Shown: positions 1 to 9,537 of the stretch, in pieces
How positions within the stretch are numbered: position 1 is the first letter of the stretch
How the letters are laid out: the number at the start of each line of letters is the position of its first letter
Assembly (NCBI GenBank): GCA_964014735.1
Contig: CAXHBH010000001.1
Location: 51,588-115,587, forward strand
Source: an uncultured Flavobacteriaceae bacterium
GTDB lineage: Bacteria; Bacteroidota; Bacteroidia; Flavobacteriales; Flavobacteriaceae
Reading direction: 5' to 3'
DNA length: 64,000 nucleotides
Program-made: the position numbers and the translations under genes
Notes under the pieces: model-generated
Told to the model about the DNA's origin: nothing
Database searches by the model: none
The model's input: only the letters and a program-made list of their open reading frames with translations

Positions 1-1157
1 AACGCACGCAATAGTCGCTGAAATACTTGTCCAATAAACAAACCTAGCGGAAAACTTCGCATGATCTGCAACTCTTCTTTTGGAGAGGATTTTTCTTCTA
101 AAAATCTAAAGATCGTAGCAGGCTTATTGTATCGAAACATACGTGAAAATAAAAAGCTACCCTTGTGGTTGTGTCTTGACAGCACATCTAAAAAGAGCAA
201 ATCATACCACCAAAATCTATTGCGTTTTTCAAACTGTCGCATGTCTGTATTTGACTTAAGGAAATTAACCAAAGCTGTAGCCTTTTGTTCTATAAAAGCA
301 AAGGTAAAACCCGTACTTGGTTTGGTCCATCCACCGGCCGAACCGATGTGAAGTACGCATTTGCTATTGTGTTTGGCAAATGGGTAACAAGTCATGGGTA
401 TGCTTCCAGCTTCTCGTTCTTCAATGTTATAATCACGAATGTTTTTTTCGCTTAGGTAAGCACGTAGTTCCCGTTCATAAGCGGCGGGTTTTAATTTTTC
501 TTTTGAGAAAAGGGTGTATTCGATTAGGGCTTCTTTTTCGCTTGAGGGCAATACATATATAAATCTCGTGCTACCTTTTTGTGCTACTGTAAAGTCCATA
601 AAAGTTGCTGTGTTAACATCAAAAAGGGGCTTTTTGGTTTTGATAAACCAACCCATAAAATGTTGCTGAAGTACGGGGTAGCGTTTTTGCTCTAGTACAA
701 CCTGCCAATCAAAAATACTATTAAAGAAAAGCTTGGTGTTATAGGTTTTTTTATTGCTCACTATCCTAACTCCTGACGCATGTGCTTCAAAAGAATTGAC
801 CACTTCAAACTTCAGAGTAATGTTGTTGTTTTGCTCAATAAGTGATCGCATTGAAGTATAATAGGAGCTGCTGCGCATCATTTTATAAGAGAGCGGGCTT
901 ATCTTTTCATTTAAAGTTAGACTTGAAGACTTAAAGCAAATACGATCCCATTCTTTGACAATGTGTGCTGCCCAGTGTGTATTGGTTTTGGTTTCCCAAA
1001 AACACCAAGTACGGTCGTTTTGTTTATTGGGATCTTCTTCCAAAATAAGCATCTGTTTGTCATTAAACTCTCCTGATTGTATGAGTTTTTGAATAATCTG
1101 AAGCGTAGCAGCACCAGCACCAGCAAATATATAATCGTAAACCTGTTCTTTTTCCAC
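1..1157 (-). CDS. crtY: lycopene beta-cyclase, CrtY family (3' end runs off the window start)
   Basis: Uninterrupted minus-strand frame from GTG at 1157 to position 3. It is absent from the ORF track because there is no stop in the window. My translation starts VEKEQVYDYIFAGAGAATLQIIQKL (dinucleotide-binding fold), then DRTWCFWE and GSAGGWTKPSTGF, typical of CrtY-type cyclases. Confidence 0.8.
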   Translation of the reverse strand, partial: MEKEQVYDYIFAGAGAATLQIIQKLIQSGEFNDKQMLILEEDPNKQNDRTWCFWETKTNTHWAAHIVKEWDRICFKSSSLTLNEKISPLSYKMMRSSSYYTSMRSLIEQNNNITLKFEVVNSFEAHASGVRIVSNKKTYNTKLFFNSIFDWQVVLEQKRYPVLQQHFMGWFIKTKKPLFDVNTATFMDFTVAQKGSTRFIYVLPSSEKEALIEYTLFSKEKLKPAAYERELRAYLSEKNIRDYNIEEREAGSIPMTCYPFAKHNSKCVLHIGSAGGWTKPSTGFTFAFIEQKATALVNFLKSNTDMRQFEKRNRFWWYDLLFLDVLSRHNHKGSFLFSRMFRYNKPATIFRFLEEKSSPKEELQIMRSFPLGLFIGQVFQRLLRA

Positions 1158-1227
1158 CTTGCCAAACGTACAAAATATGCCGATTAAGCACAATAGTATA
1201 AACATTTCAATCAATTATATTTGCAGC

Positions 1228-2049
1228 ATGTTTGAATCAATTATTAATTTCTTTGAAAATACCTCACCAATATTGGGTGCACTCTACGCTACACTTTTCA
1301 CTTGGGGTCTTACCGCATTAGGCGCATCATTTGTTTTTTTCTTTAAACGAATGAACCGCGCTGTTCTTGATGGCATGCTAGGATTCACAGGGGGAGTTAT
1401 GGTAGCAGCTAGTTTTTGGAGCTTATTGGCTCCTGGCATTGAAATGAGCCCTGGCGATGGTTTTGTAAAGGTCATACCTGCTGCTGTTGGATTTACACTT
1501 GGAGCCTTATTTATTTTTGGATTGGACAAAGTCTTGCCACACTTACACATTAACTTTAAAGAGTCAGAGGGGATCAAAACCCCTTGGCACCGCACCACCC
1601 TTATGGTTTTGGCTATCACGCTTCACAATATACCGGAAGGTTTAGCCGTGGGGGTATTGTTTGGCGGAGTTGCAGCTGGACTACCAGAGGCATCTATTGC
1701 TGGTGCTGTGGTTTTGGCCATTGGTATTGGTATACAAAACTTTCCAGAAGGAATTGCTGTTTCAATGCCCATGCGTCGCTTGGGTCTAAGCAGACGCAAA
1801 AGTTTTTTTTATGGACAGGCTTCTGCTATTGTTGAGCCTATTGCTGCTGTAATAGGAGCTTTAGCAGTTACTTTTTTCACCCCTATTTTACCTTACGCAC
1901 TTGCTTTTGCAGCCGGCGCCATGATTTTTGTTGTCGTCGAGGAGGTGATTCCAGAAACCCAACAGGACAAATACACAGATATTGCAACATTAGGGTTTAT
2001 TGGAGGGTTTGTAGTTATGATGATATTGGATGTTGCCCTAGGAGGTTAA
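1228..2049 (+). CDS. ZIP family divalent-metal transporter (ZupT-like)
   Basis: ORF 1159..2049. Multi-TM protein with ZIP signatures LAITLHNIPEGLAVG and GIGIQNFPEGIAVS. ATG at 1228 (MFESIINFF) is preferred over the TTG at 1159, which abuts the crtY start. Confidence 0.85.
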   Translation: MFESIINFFENTSPILGALYATLFTWGLTALGASFVFFFKRMNRAVLDGMLGFTGGVMVAASFWSLLAPGIEMSPGDGFVKVIPAAVGFTLGALFIFGLDKVLPHLHINFKESEGIKTPWHRTTLMVLAITLHNIPEGLAVGVLFGGVAAGLPEASIAGAVVLAIGIGIQNFPEGIAVSMPMRRLGLSRRKSFFYGQASAIVEPIAAVIGALAVTFFTPILPYALAFAAGAMIFVVVEEVIPETQQDKYTDIATLGFIGGFVVMMILDVALGG

Positions 2050-2051
2050 CA

Positions 2052-2609
2052 TTATTTTCTATTGGCATTCGCAATTTCATTGAAACTGACACTTTTATAA
2101 TTAAAAACCACTTCTTTAATTAGATAGGCCCCATAGGTTTGTACCCAGTCTTTGTGAAATGACAAATCAATGAATGTAGGAGGCATTATTTTAAATGCTA
2201 CATTATATAAATCTGCATTATCACCAGGTAGCGAAATGTTTCTGGCATAATGAAAGTTGTCAATTAAATTTATATGAGGCACCAAATCAACGAAACTTGT
2301 TAGTCCAGTTGTGGTATTAGTTACTTTTGCTGAAATATGCAGGTATGGGACAAAACCTCCAGCAGGGGTACCGGTTGGAATATTTGTAACATCCCAATTT
2401 ACTCTAGCTTCTAAATGTACATTTGTGTCCGCTACACCAAGGTGTCTATTAGTTGGCTCAATGCGGTCTTTTACAGCACCTTCAAAAATCATTACAATAC
2501 CCTGCTCAAGTCTTTCCTCTCCTATTATAAGTTCTTGAGAATTAATATAACTTGTAACCAAGAAACATGCTATAATTGCACATTTGACAAGCCTTTTTTT
2601 ATTTTTCAT
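2052..2609 (-). CDS. periplasmic iron-uptake protein, P19/Tp34 (COG3470-like) family
   Basis: ORF 2052..2609 with a signal peptide. The pattern VHLEA...GGFVPYLHI...HYARNISLPG...YNVAFKIMPP matches the HLEAD / GxxxPYL / HYG.N / I.PP pattern I recall for this family. It overlaps the upstream SCO gene by 11 nt. Confidence 0.6.
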   Translation of the reverse strand: MKNKKRLVKCAIIACFLVTSYINSQELIIGEERLEQGIVMIFEGAVKDRIEPTNRHLGVADTNVHLEARVNWDVTNIPTGTPAGGFVPYLHISAKVTNTTTGLTSFVDLVPHINLIDNFHYARNISLPGDNADLYNVAFKIMPPTFIDLSFHKDWVQTYGAYLIKEVVFNYKSVSFNEIANANRK

Positions 2610-3273
2610 TTGCTAAAATATTAATGTCGTTAATAATTGATTCTATTGAAGAAAGTTTAGTGCCATCATAGTAACCTCTAATTCGTTTTTCGGCATCTAT
2701 AAGAACAAAATTTTCAGTGTGAATCATGTCATGAGGACCGCCGTCGCCATTATCTTTTACCACTAAATAAGATTTGCGCGCTAACTCATAGATTTCTCTT
2801 TTATTTCCAGTCACAAGATTCCAGCGTTTATCATCTATTTTGTTTTCAATGGCATAGCGTTTGAGTTGCGCTACAGAGTCTATTTCAGGAGTTACACTAA
2901 AAGAAAGCAATTTAACATCTGGATAAGGACTGAGTTTTTGCTGCAGCGCATACATGTTTTTGGTCATAATAGGGCAGATACTCGGGCAGGTTGTAAAGAA
3001 GAAATCTGCTACATATACAGTATTTTCATAATCTTGCTCTGTTATTGTTTCCCCGTTTTGATTTATCATAGAAAAGGGAGAGATGGCGTGGTACTTTTTT
3101 ACATACTGTATGCTTTCGTCAACCAATTCGGGGTCAACCATTGCAGGTTGGTATACCGGCAATACTTGTTTAGGCTTTAGTGCTTTGTAAAATAACCCCA
3201 CAATTAAGATAGATAAGCCTAACAACACCAAAGCCAGTTTTTTAAACTTTGCAAAAAAACGTACTAACTCCAT
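2599..3273 (-). CDS. SCO1/SenC family copper chaperone / thiol-disulfide protein
   Basis: ORF 2599..3273 with an N-terminal TM anchor. It has the FFFTTCPSICP (CxxxC) motif and a later conserved His (GPHDMIHTENF), typical of the SCO family. Confidence 0.85.
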   Translation of the reverse strand: MELVRFFAKFKKLALVLLGLSILIVGLFYKALKPKQVLPVYQPAMVDPELVDESIQYVKKYHAISPFSMINQNGETITEQDYENTVYVADFFFTTCPSICPIMTKNMYALQQKLSPYPDVKLLSFSVTPEIDSVAQLKRYAIENKIDDKRWNLVTGNKREIYELARKSYLVVKDNGDGGPHDMIHTENFVLIDAEKRIRGYYDGTKLSSIESIINDINILANEK

Positions 3274-3344
3274 ATGTCAAAGATACAATTTATACGTTTT
3301 ATAGCTCGTTCAAATCCCTTACATTTGTTCACTAAATTTTTTCC

Positions 3345-4685
3345 ATGGAGCTTTTCCTCATAAAAGGTGGTCAGCTGATTTTAAGTTTATCTCTGCTTAT
3401 AGTATTACACGAATTAGGACATTTTATTCCGGCAAAATTATTTAAGACACGAGTTGAAAAATTCTATCTGTTTTTTGACGTTAAGTTTTCACTTTTTAAG
3501 AAGAAGGTAGGTGAAACCGTATACGGTATAGGGTGGCTTCCACTTGGTGGTTATGTAAAAATATCAGGGATGATAGATGAAAGCATGGACACTGAGCAAA
3601 TGTCCAAACCAGCCCAGCCTTGGGAGTTTCGTGCCAAACCAACATGGCAAAGACTAATCATTATGTTGGGTGGGGTTACTGTTAATTTGTTACTCGGCTT
3701 CTTGATTTATATGATGATTATGTTTATTTGGGGTAAGAGAGTTTTCAGTAGTGATGATTCTACCTATGGATTGGCACCATCACCAAAAGTTGAGGCATTA
3801 GGTTTTAATCTTGGCGATAAGGTTGTTTCTGTGGACGGCGAACCTTTAGATGGACTGATCGAAATTAATCCTTGGTTGCTTTTTCGAGATGCATCTCAAG
3901 TTGAGGTGACCCAGGCTGATGGCACAAACGCATACATTACGATTCCAGAAGATTTTGGGAAGGAGTTGTTTGCTGGTGGCGAAATGCCGCCTTTTATTCC
4001 GAATATGCCTGCCATAATTGAGAAGGTAAATGTTGGTTCAATAGCTGAAGCCGCAGGATTGTTAGCTAATGATCAAATTGTTGGAATAAATGGTTTGGAA
4101 ATTTATTCATGGAATCCAGCAACTACACCAACTACTCAAGTACAAAATGCTATAGAACAGCGCAAAGAAGACGCATTGGTAATACGGATTGTCCGAGAAG
4201 GGGAACTAAAAGACGTAGAAATCACAGCGCCTATAGGTTCTAACATAGGTTTTTATTTTAAAGACACGCGTGCGAAGTCCATTACACAAAAATATGGTGC
4301 TACTGAAAGTATTGTAGAGGGTTTTAATTACGGTTACTGGACTTTATTTGATTATATAGCTGGATTTAAGTTTATTTTTACAAAAAAAGGAGCAAGTCAG
4401 CTGGGTGGTTTTGGTACTATTGGCAGTCTTTTTCCTGCCAAGTGGAACTGGCGTGTTTTTTGGGAACGCACGGCTTTAATATCTATTATTTTGGCGTTTA
4501 TGAATGTCTTACCTATTCCAGCTTTGGATGGTGGTCATGTTGTATTTTTAACCTATGAAATGCTTACCGGGCGTAAGCCACACCAAAAAGTATTGGAGTA
4601 TGCTCAGATGATAGGAATCATTTTATTATTGGGCTTGTTTGTTTTTGCCAATGGCAATGACATATATCGTTTTATACTGTCCTAA
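3345..4685 (+). CDS. rseP: RIP (site-2) zinc metalloprotease RseP
   Basis: ORF 3345..4685. HELGHF zinc motif at the N-terminus, a central PDZ-like region, and a C-terminal NVLPIPALDGGH motif. Confidence 0.9.
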   Translation: MELFLIKGGQLILSLSLLIVLHELGHFIPAKLFKTRVEKFYLFFDVKFSLFKKKVGETVYGIGWLPLGGYVKISGMIDESMDTEQMSKPAQPWEFRAKPTWQRLIIMLGGVTVNLLLGFLIYMMIMFIWGKRVFSSDDSTYGLAPSPKVEALGFNLGDKVVSVDGEPLDGLIEINPWLLFRDASQVEVTQADGTNAYITIPEDFGKELFAGGEMPPFIPNMPAIIEKVNVGSIAEAAGLLANDQIVGINGLEIYSWNPATTPTTQVQNAIEQRKEDALVIRIVREGELKDVEITAPIGSNIGFYFKDTRAKSITQKYGATESIVEGFNYGYWTLFDYIAGFKFIFTKKGASQLGGFGTIGSLFPAKWNWRVFWERTALISIILAFMNVLPIPALDGGHVVFLTYEMLTGRKPHQKVLEYAQMIGIILLLGLFVFANGNDIYRFILS

Positions 4686-4754
4686 TCAAGGGAATGTTAT
4701 TTTCTATATATGCATTTGATACGAGTAAAATAAAAATTATATTTGCCCACATTT

Positions 4755-4828
4755 TCCTCCTTAGCTCAGTTGGTTAGAGCATCTGACTGTTAATCAGAGG
4801 GTCCTTGGTTCGAGTCCAAGAGGGGGAG
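4755..4828 (+). tRNA. tRNA-Asn (anticodon GTT)
   Basis: Cloverleaf folded by hand: acceptor TCCTCCT/AGGGGGA, D arm GCTCAGTTGGTTAGAGC, anticodon stem-loop CTGACTGTTAATCAG, T arm CTTGGTTCGAGTCCAAG. Confidence 0.9.
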
Positions 4829-4866
4829 CAGGTAGTAACCGCTACATCACACATTTTAAACCAAAG

Positions 4867-4892
4867 CCCACCCTGTAAGGTGGGTTTTTTTT
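4867..4892 (+). terminator. Rho-independent terminator after tRNA-Asn
   Basis: CCCACC-CTGTAA-GGTGGG hairpin followed by T8. Confidence 0.7.
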
Positions 4893-5084
4893 CATATTAG
4901 CAAAAACTCTTTTCAGCTAAATAGACTACATAAATATACGAAAAACATCAAAATTGGCAGTTGTCAGGCAGTTAAATTTAGTCTTACGTAAAACAAATAT
5001 TCCCTGCTATAAGTACCCAGGTGGTTTTATTAAATCAACTGAAAACTGGCAGTTAATTCTAAAGCCCTGTTAGAAATTTGTTTG

Positions 5085-5642
5085 TTACTGGCAAGCTGAA
5101 TCAGAAACTCTTCGAACTCCAGAACAATAAGCTTCGCCCCTATTATTATAAGTGAAGCCGTCACAACCGCAAACAGGTTGATATTCTTTAGTTGACGCAC
5201 AGGGATTAGGAACTTTATTGTAATCAATACAGTCGGAAAAATACTTATCAATAAATTCTCTATACTCTTCTGAACCAAACGACATACCTGCAATAACATC
5301 AATTGTAGATTTAGCGACTTTGAGGGCATCATTTGATGATTGAATATTAAATTTTGAACCATCCATACTGGTTAATTGATTGGAATCACATTTTAGCCTT
5401 ATGGTAGTGTAGAAATAATATCGAAGTACATATCCAATGGTTTGTTCAGTTTTACCATAAAGTTCATCAAAAACAGAGGCATCTGAAATTGTAGTCTCTA
5501 AAACTCTATGGGGGATATTAAAGTTATTGTTTTGTCTTAAAGCTTCTAGCTCAAAGATAGTGTCCTGAATTTTGACTGTTTCTTCTTGTTCACCCAGACA
5601 AGAATAAGAAGCCAAAGCAAAGAATAAAATAAGTTTTTTCAT
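5085..5642 (-). CDS. lipoprotein with C-terminal Kazal-like domain
   Basis: ORF 5085..5657, trimmed to MKKLILFFALASYSC (lipobox). The C-terminus CASTKEYQPVCGCDGFTYNNRGEAYCSGV...ACQ fits the Kazal cysteine/PVCG-DG-TY-N pattern. Confidence 0.6.
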   Translation of the reverse strand: MKKLILFFALASYSCLGEQEETVKIQDTIFELEALRQNNNFNIPHRVLETTISDASVFDELYGKTEQTIGYVLRYYFYTTIRLKCDSNQLTSMDGSKFNIQSSNDALKVAKSTIDVIAGMSFGSEEYREFIDKYFSDCIDYNKVPNPCASTKEYQPVCGCDGFTYNNRGEAYCSGVRRVSDSACQ

Positions 5643-5837
5643 ACCCAAAACTACCAAAATTTTACCAAAATCTTGTCTACCTGACGTTTTGTAACGTTTT
5701 CTTAAGAATCATTAAACGCAGTAAGTCATTAAACAGTAGGCACACTCCAATAGTGGGCTGTGTAAATAGGGACTGTATTTAGGCATAAGTTTCCTACTGA
5801 AAAATAATTTTATATTTTTATTATTCAAAATCATATT

Positions 5838-6596
5838 GTGAAAAAACTACTCTTACTCTCCGCTTTATTAATCTTTGCTTGTAGTAGTGATGATAGCTCT
5901 GATGATAATGAAAATAAATTACTTAATTCCAACGGAAGAATTGTACCAACAATAGTTTATGGCACACAAGAATGGAGTGTAGAAAATGCTGATTATACTT
6001 CATATTCAGATGGTACACCAATTCCTCAAGTTACAGATGATAGCGAATGGATAAGTCTAACAACTGGTGCTTGGTGTTATTATGATAACGACCCAAATAA
6101 AGGTAAACTATACAATTGGTATGCGGTAGCGGGTATACACGATGATGACCCAAATACACCAAATAAAGGATTTGCTTCAGAGGGATGGCACGTACCAAGT
6201 GACTCTGAATGGTCGATATTAGTAGAATATATGATTGCTAATGGATACAATTACGATGGCTCCTCATATTCTTTTAGTCCTTGTCCGCAAGTTAATAATA
6301 AAATAGCTGAATCTTTGGCTTCTAATTCTGGCTGGAATCCTTCAATAAACGAAGGAACACCAGGATACGACCAAAGCGCTAATAATAGTAGTGGGTTTAA
6401 TGCTTTACCAGCTGGTTATCGCGACCCTTATCTTGGTTGGTTTATGCTTGAGGGAGATAATGCGATTTTTATGACTTCAAGTGAGGACTTAAATGATTAT
6501 GCAAGAGACCGCACTCTAATTAATAGTTACCCTTTTTTAGTAGAGTCTGGTTGCTCAAAAACAGATGGTTACTCTGTTCGCTTGGTAAGGGATTAA
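5838..6596 (+). CDS. FISUMP (Fibrobacter succinogenes major paralogous) domain lipoprotein
   Basis: ORF 5838..6596 with lipobox LIFACSS. Motifs YGTQEWSVEN, GKLYNWYAV, GWHVPSDSEW and GFNALPAGYR are characteristic of the FISUMP domain. Confidence 0.75.
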   Translation: MKKLLLLSALLIFACSSDDSSDDNENKLLNSNGRIVPTIVYGTQEWSVENADYTSYSDGTPIPQVTDDSEWISLTTGAWCYYDNDPNKGKLYNWYAVAGIHDDDPNTPNKGFASEGWHVPSDSEWSILVEYMIANGYNYDGSSYSFSPCPQVNNKIAESLASNSGWNPSINEGTPGYDQSANNSSGFNALPAGYRDPYLGWFMLEGDNAIFMTSSEDLNDYARDRTLINSYPFLVESGCSKTDGYSVRLVRD

Positions 6597-6600
6597 TATT

Positions 6601-8055
6601 ATGAAAAAACTATTACTATTATTATTTATTCCTTTAGTCAATAGTGCTCAAATAATCCCTGAATATTCAGATTACAATCAAAATATTATTTGGGAAAGTG
6701 TATTCACAGAAGGTGACCCAGGAAAAGTAAATAGAGGTTTAGTAGATTCTGACGGGAATTTAGCTGTTGTTTTTATGCCTGATAATAAATCAAGAATTCA
6801 TAAAATTAATGGTCAAAACGGAGAACTAATATGGTCCATAACTATAAACAATACTGTAGGCTTTGGCATTACAGAAATTAATGATAATAACAGAGCTGAC
6901 TATATAGTTAGTGGTGGATCAGGGAATACACAAGAAAGGTGGTTGGCAAGGCTAAATGGAGATGATGGGTCAATAATATGGAGTCAGGATTATAATTCAA
7001 GCGGAAGCTCATCAATGTTTGATGGTATAAGATCAACTATTATAGGCAATGACGGATATATTTATGGCTCAGGATTCATTGGCGGAGACGAGTCTGATAC
7101 AATTTTTATTGTTTATGGTGGAAATGCGATGGTGATAAAAGTAAATCCCTCAAATGGACAGGAAATTTGGACAGCAATCAATAGTCAAACAGAATATGCT
7201 GTCTCAATTGTTGAATCCTCGAACGGAAATCTATTTTACGGATCAACTAATTACGAAGATGACCTGACTCTAACAAAGTTAAATAATAGCGGTAATGAAT
7301 TATGGACTCGTAATCTTTTGGGTACAGAGGCAATAATACCTGCGGATTTGGGTATATATAACGACATAATTTATTATGGCGGACATAGGGAAAGAGAGGG
7401 TAATGGAGAGCCGTTTGACTATTCGTCTATCAAAATTGATTTAGAGGCTAATATACTCTGGTCTAAACATTATGCAAATCCAAGAGGATACGATTTAAAA
7501 TATATTAGAAATGAATTATACGGAATAAAAATATCGGATGAAGGAATTTATTTGTTTGGGGGAACTGGGGATGAAAATGAGTCATATTCTGCTGTTAATG
7601 CTCCTTTTGAATCTTCAGATATTTGGAACGGATGGGTTTTATTTACTGATTTTAATGGCAATATAATTAGAAGTGATGTTTTTTGCCACGAGGAGACAAA
7701 TACTGCGACTGAATATGGAGATTTAACTGAAAACGGATATGTAATTTTTAATGACACTGATGCGTTTGGAGATACTGAAGTTGGTGTAATGAAGATTGTA
7801 AATCCAAGTTTAACAAATAATAGTTATAATGTTTTGAACTTGCTAGATTTTTTTCCAAACCCTACCACATCTCAATTGTCTTTAAACAGCGACAAAGACT
7901 ATGATATAGAAGTATACGATATGACAGGTAATAAAGTAATGGCACTTACAGGAAACACTATCAATATGGAACAACTGTCTACCGCTACATACATAGTTAA
8001 AGCAACAGACAAGTCCAACAACGAACAGTTAACCTGTAAGGTTGTAAAGAATTAA
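6601..8055 (+). CDS. secreted beta-propeller-like protein with T9SS type A C-terminal sorting domain
   Basis: ORF 6601..8055 with a signal peptide. It has repeated G-x-x-(I/L)W motifs (GELIWS, GSIIWS, GQEIWT, GNELWT, ANILWS). The C-terminal FFPNPTTSQLSL...YIVKATD...KVVKN is typical of Por/T9SS CTDs. Confidence 0.8.
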   Translation: MKKLLLLLFIPLVNSAQIIPEYSDYNQNIIWESVFTEGDPGKVNRGLVDSDGNLAVVFMPDNKSRIHKINGQNGELIWSITINNTVGFGITEINDNNRADYIVSGGSGNTQERWLARLNGDDGSIIWSQDYNSSGSSSMFDGIRSTIIGNDGYIYGSGFIGGDESDTIFIVYGGNAMVIKVNPSNGQEIWTAINSQTEYAVSIVESSNGNLFYGSTNYEDDLTLTKLNNSGNELWTRNLLGTEAIIPADLGIYNDIIYYGGHREREGNGEPFDYSSIKIDLEANILWSKHYANPRGYDLKYIRNELYGIKISDEGIYLFGGTGDENESYSAVNAPFESSDIWNGWVLFTDFNGNIIRSDVFCHEETNTATEYGDLTENGYVIFNDTDAFGDTEVGVMKIVNPSLTNNSYNVLNLLDFFPNPTTSQLSLNSDKDYDIEVYDMTGNKVMALTGNTINMEQLSTATYIVKATDKSNNEQLTCKVVKN

Positions 8056-8098
8056 ACCATAGGCACATTGCTCTCTTTTTGTACTGCTAATTTTAAAC
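8053..8098 (+). repeat. junction repeat copy R1 (TAAACCATAGGC... family)
   Basis: TAAACCATAGGCACATTGCTCTCTTTTTGTACTGCTAATTTTAAAC. Its first 3 nt are the stop codon of ORF 6601..8055. Confidence 0.85.
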
Positions 8099-8127
8099 TT
8101 TGAAAATAATTATATTTATAAATTACT

Positions 8128-8943
8128 ATGTGCCGATTTAGAATGTTCTTAAGAATACTTTTTTTATTTACTTTGATGACCCTTTCAGGGTGTAAAGACG
8201 GTCACATTTCAAATACAGAGGCTCAGTATTCAATTGTATTGATTGTAGGGCAATCAAATACCCATGCAGGAATTGGCATGAACCGTGAACTAGACGGTTC
8301 AGTAGATGGCATCAGTCAGCTTGGGCGCTTCGGTAATGACGATATGCAAATCATCAGGGCTGAAGAACCACTTCAACACCACACTAAAGATGATAACAAA
8401 ATTGGTTTTGGTTTAACCTTCGCAAAATTGCTTAAAGAATATTTAGATTACCCAAACCAGATTATATTAATACCGTGTGGCTTTGGTGGTACTGGCTTTC
8501 AAGGAAATCATTGGAATAAAGGGGATTATTTGTATTCAGATGCAGTTAAACGAGTAAGAACAGTTATAGATAATATCCCAGGAAGTGAATTGACTTCAAT
8601 CTTATGGCACCAAGGCGAAAGTGATGTGGGAAGTCCGTCCTATCAAACAGATTTAGATAATTTTATTTTAAATTTAAGATCTGACCTAGATGCCATTGAT
8701 ACTCCATTCATAGTTGGTGGCATGGTGCCATTTTGGGTTGATCAGACGACAGAAAGAATTAAACAACAACAAATAATAATGAATGTTGTAAACCTCCACA
8801 AAAATATCGGATATGCCAATCCCGAACTACCATTCCGCATTGAAAAACCAGATAACCTTGTAGATGTTATCCACTATGATGCCGCTGGACAAAGAGAGCT
8901 AGGGAAAAGATACTTTAATGAATATCACTCATTAGTTGATTAA
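8128..8943 (+). CDS. sialate O-acetylesterase-like (SASA/SGNH) carbohydrate esterase, lipoprotein
   Basis: ORF 8128..8943 with lipobox LSGC. It carries the IVGQSNTHAG (GQSN block) and ILWHQGESD motifs of the SASA/DUF303 family. Confidence 0.7.
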   Translation: MCRFRMFLRILFLFTLMTLSGCKDGHISNTEAQYSIVLIVGQSNTHAGIGMNRELDGSVDGISQLGRFGNDDMQIIRAEEPLQHHTKDDNKIGFGLTFAKLLKEYLDYPNQIILIPCGFGGTGFQGNHWNKGDYLYSDAVKRVRTVIDNIPGSELTSILWHQGESDVGSPSYQTDLDNFILNLRSDLDAIDTPFIVGGMVPFWVDQTTERIKQQQIIMNVVNLHKNIGYANPELPFRIEKPDNLVDVIHYDAAGQRELGKRYFNEYHSLVD

Positions 8944-9185
8944 GCCTTTATAATGGTAGTTGCTCAATTAAAGCTCCAGTTTCATTAAACTTTACTCAAA
9001 ATAGTTTGACTTCACATCCTTAGGCTTAATATTGTGAGTTTCTTTTCAGATATTATATCCCAAATTACAAACTAATTGTGTTACAATAATGGGCTACTCA
9101 AAATGTTTAGATATGTTAAAAAAAAGGTTAAATATTTTTTTGAGCACCACCATATAAAAACAACTAATATTTTTATATTTAGTTT

Positions 9186-9359
9186 ATGAAATTTTTAGAA
9201 AAATACTATCCTCTTTTATTAGCCTTTTTTAGTTTCTTATATTCAATATATCTATGGTTTAGAGGAAATGAACTAGAGGGAATATACGTAGGCCTTTGGC
9301 CAATAACAATCTTGGGTTTTGCAATAGCCTTTAGACAAAGACGAAAAGATTCAAATTAG
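9186..9359 (+). CDS. small two-TM membrane protein (57 aa), hypothetical
   Basis: My translation is MKFLEKYYPLLLAFFSFLYSIYLWFRGNELEGIYVGLWPITILGFAIAFRQRRKDSN. It falls below the track length cutoff. A TTATATTTA box lies 4 nt upstream. Confidence 0.35.
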   Translation: MKFLEKYYPLLLAFFSFLYSIYLWFRGNELEGIYVGLWPITILGFAIAFRQRRKDSN

Positions 9360-9364
9360 ACTTT

Positions 9365-9487
9365 ATGAATAATAAGTTAATGTTTATTGTAGGATGTATA
9401 ATCTTTGTGATATACAACTTCTTTTATTTTAAAATTGTTCTGAGACAGAAATTTGGTGATAAAAAGGATAAACCCCCCAAACCATAG
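9365..9487 (+). CDS. small one-TM protein (40 aa), hypothetical
   Basis: My translation is MNNKLMFIVGCIIFVIYNFFYFKIVLRQKFGDKKDKPPKP. The stop is the TAG inside repeat R2. Confidence 0.25.
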   Translation: MNNKLMFIVGCIIFVIYNFFYFKIVLRQKFGDKKDKPPKP

Positions 9488-9523
9488 GCATATCCTCTTC
9501 TTTTAGTTCTGCTACTGTCAATC
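9478..9523 (+). repeat. junction repeat copy R2
   Basis: CAAACCATAGGCATATCCTCTTCTTTTAGTTCTGCTACTGTCAATC. Confidence 0.85.
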
Positions 9524-9537
9524 ATTATATTTAAATT

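Noticed and set aside
61-1165. Track ORFs 61..351(+), 317..562(+) and 917..1165(-) as genes
   Set aside because: All lie inside the long uninterrupted minus-strand CrtY frame (1..1157), in other frames or on the other strand. Their translations are low-complexity and have no motifs.
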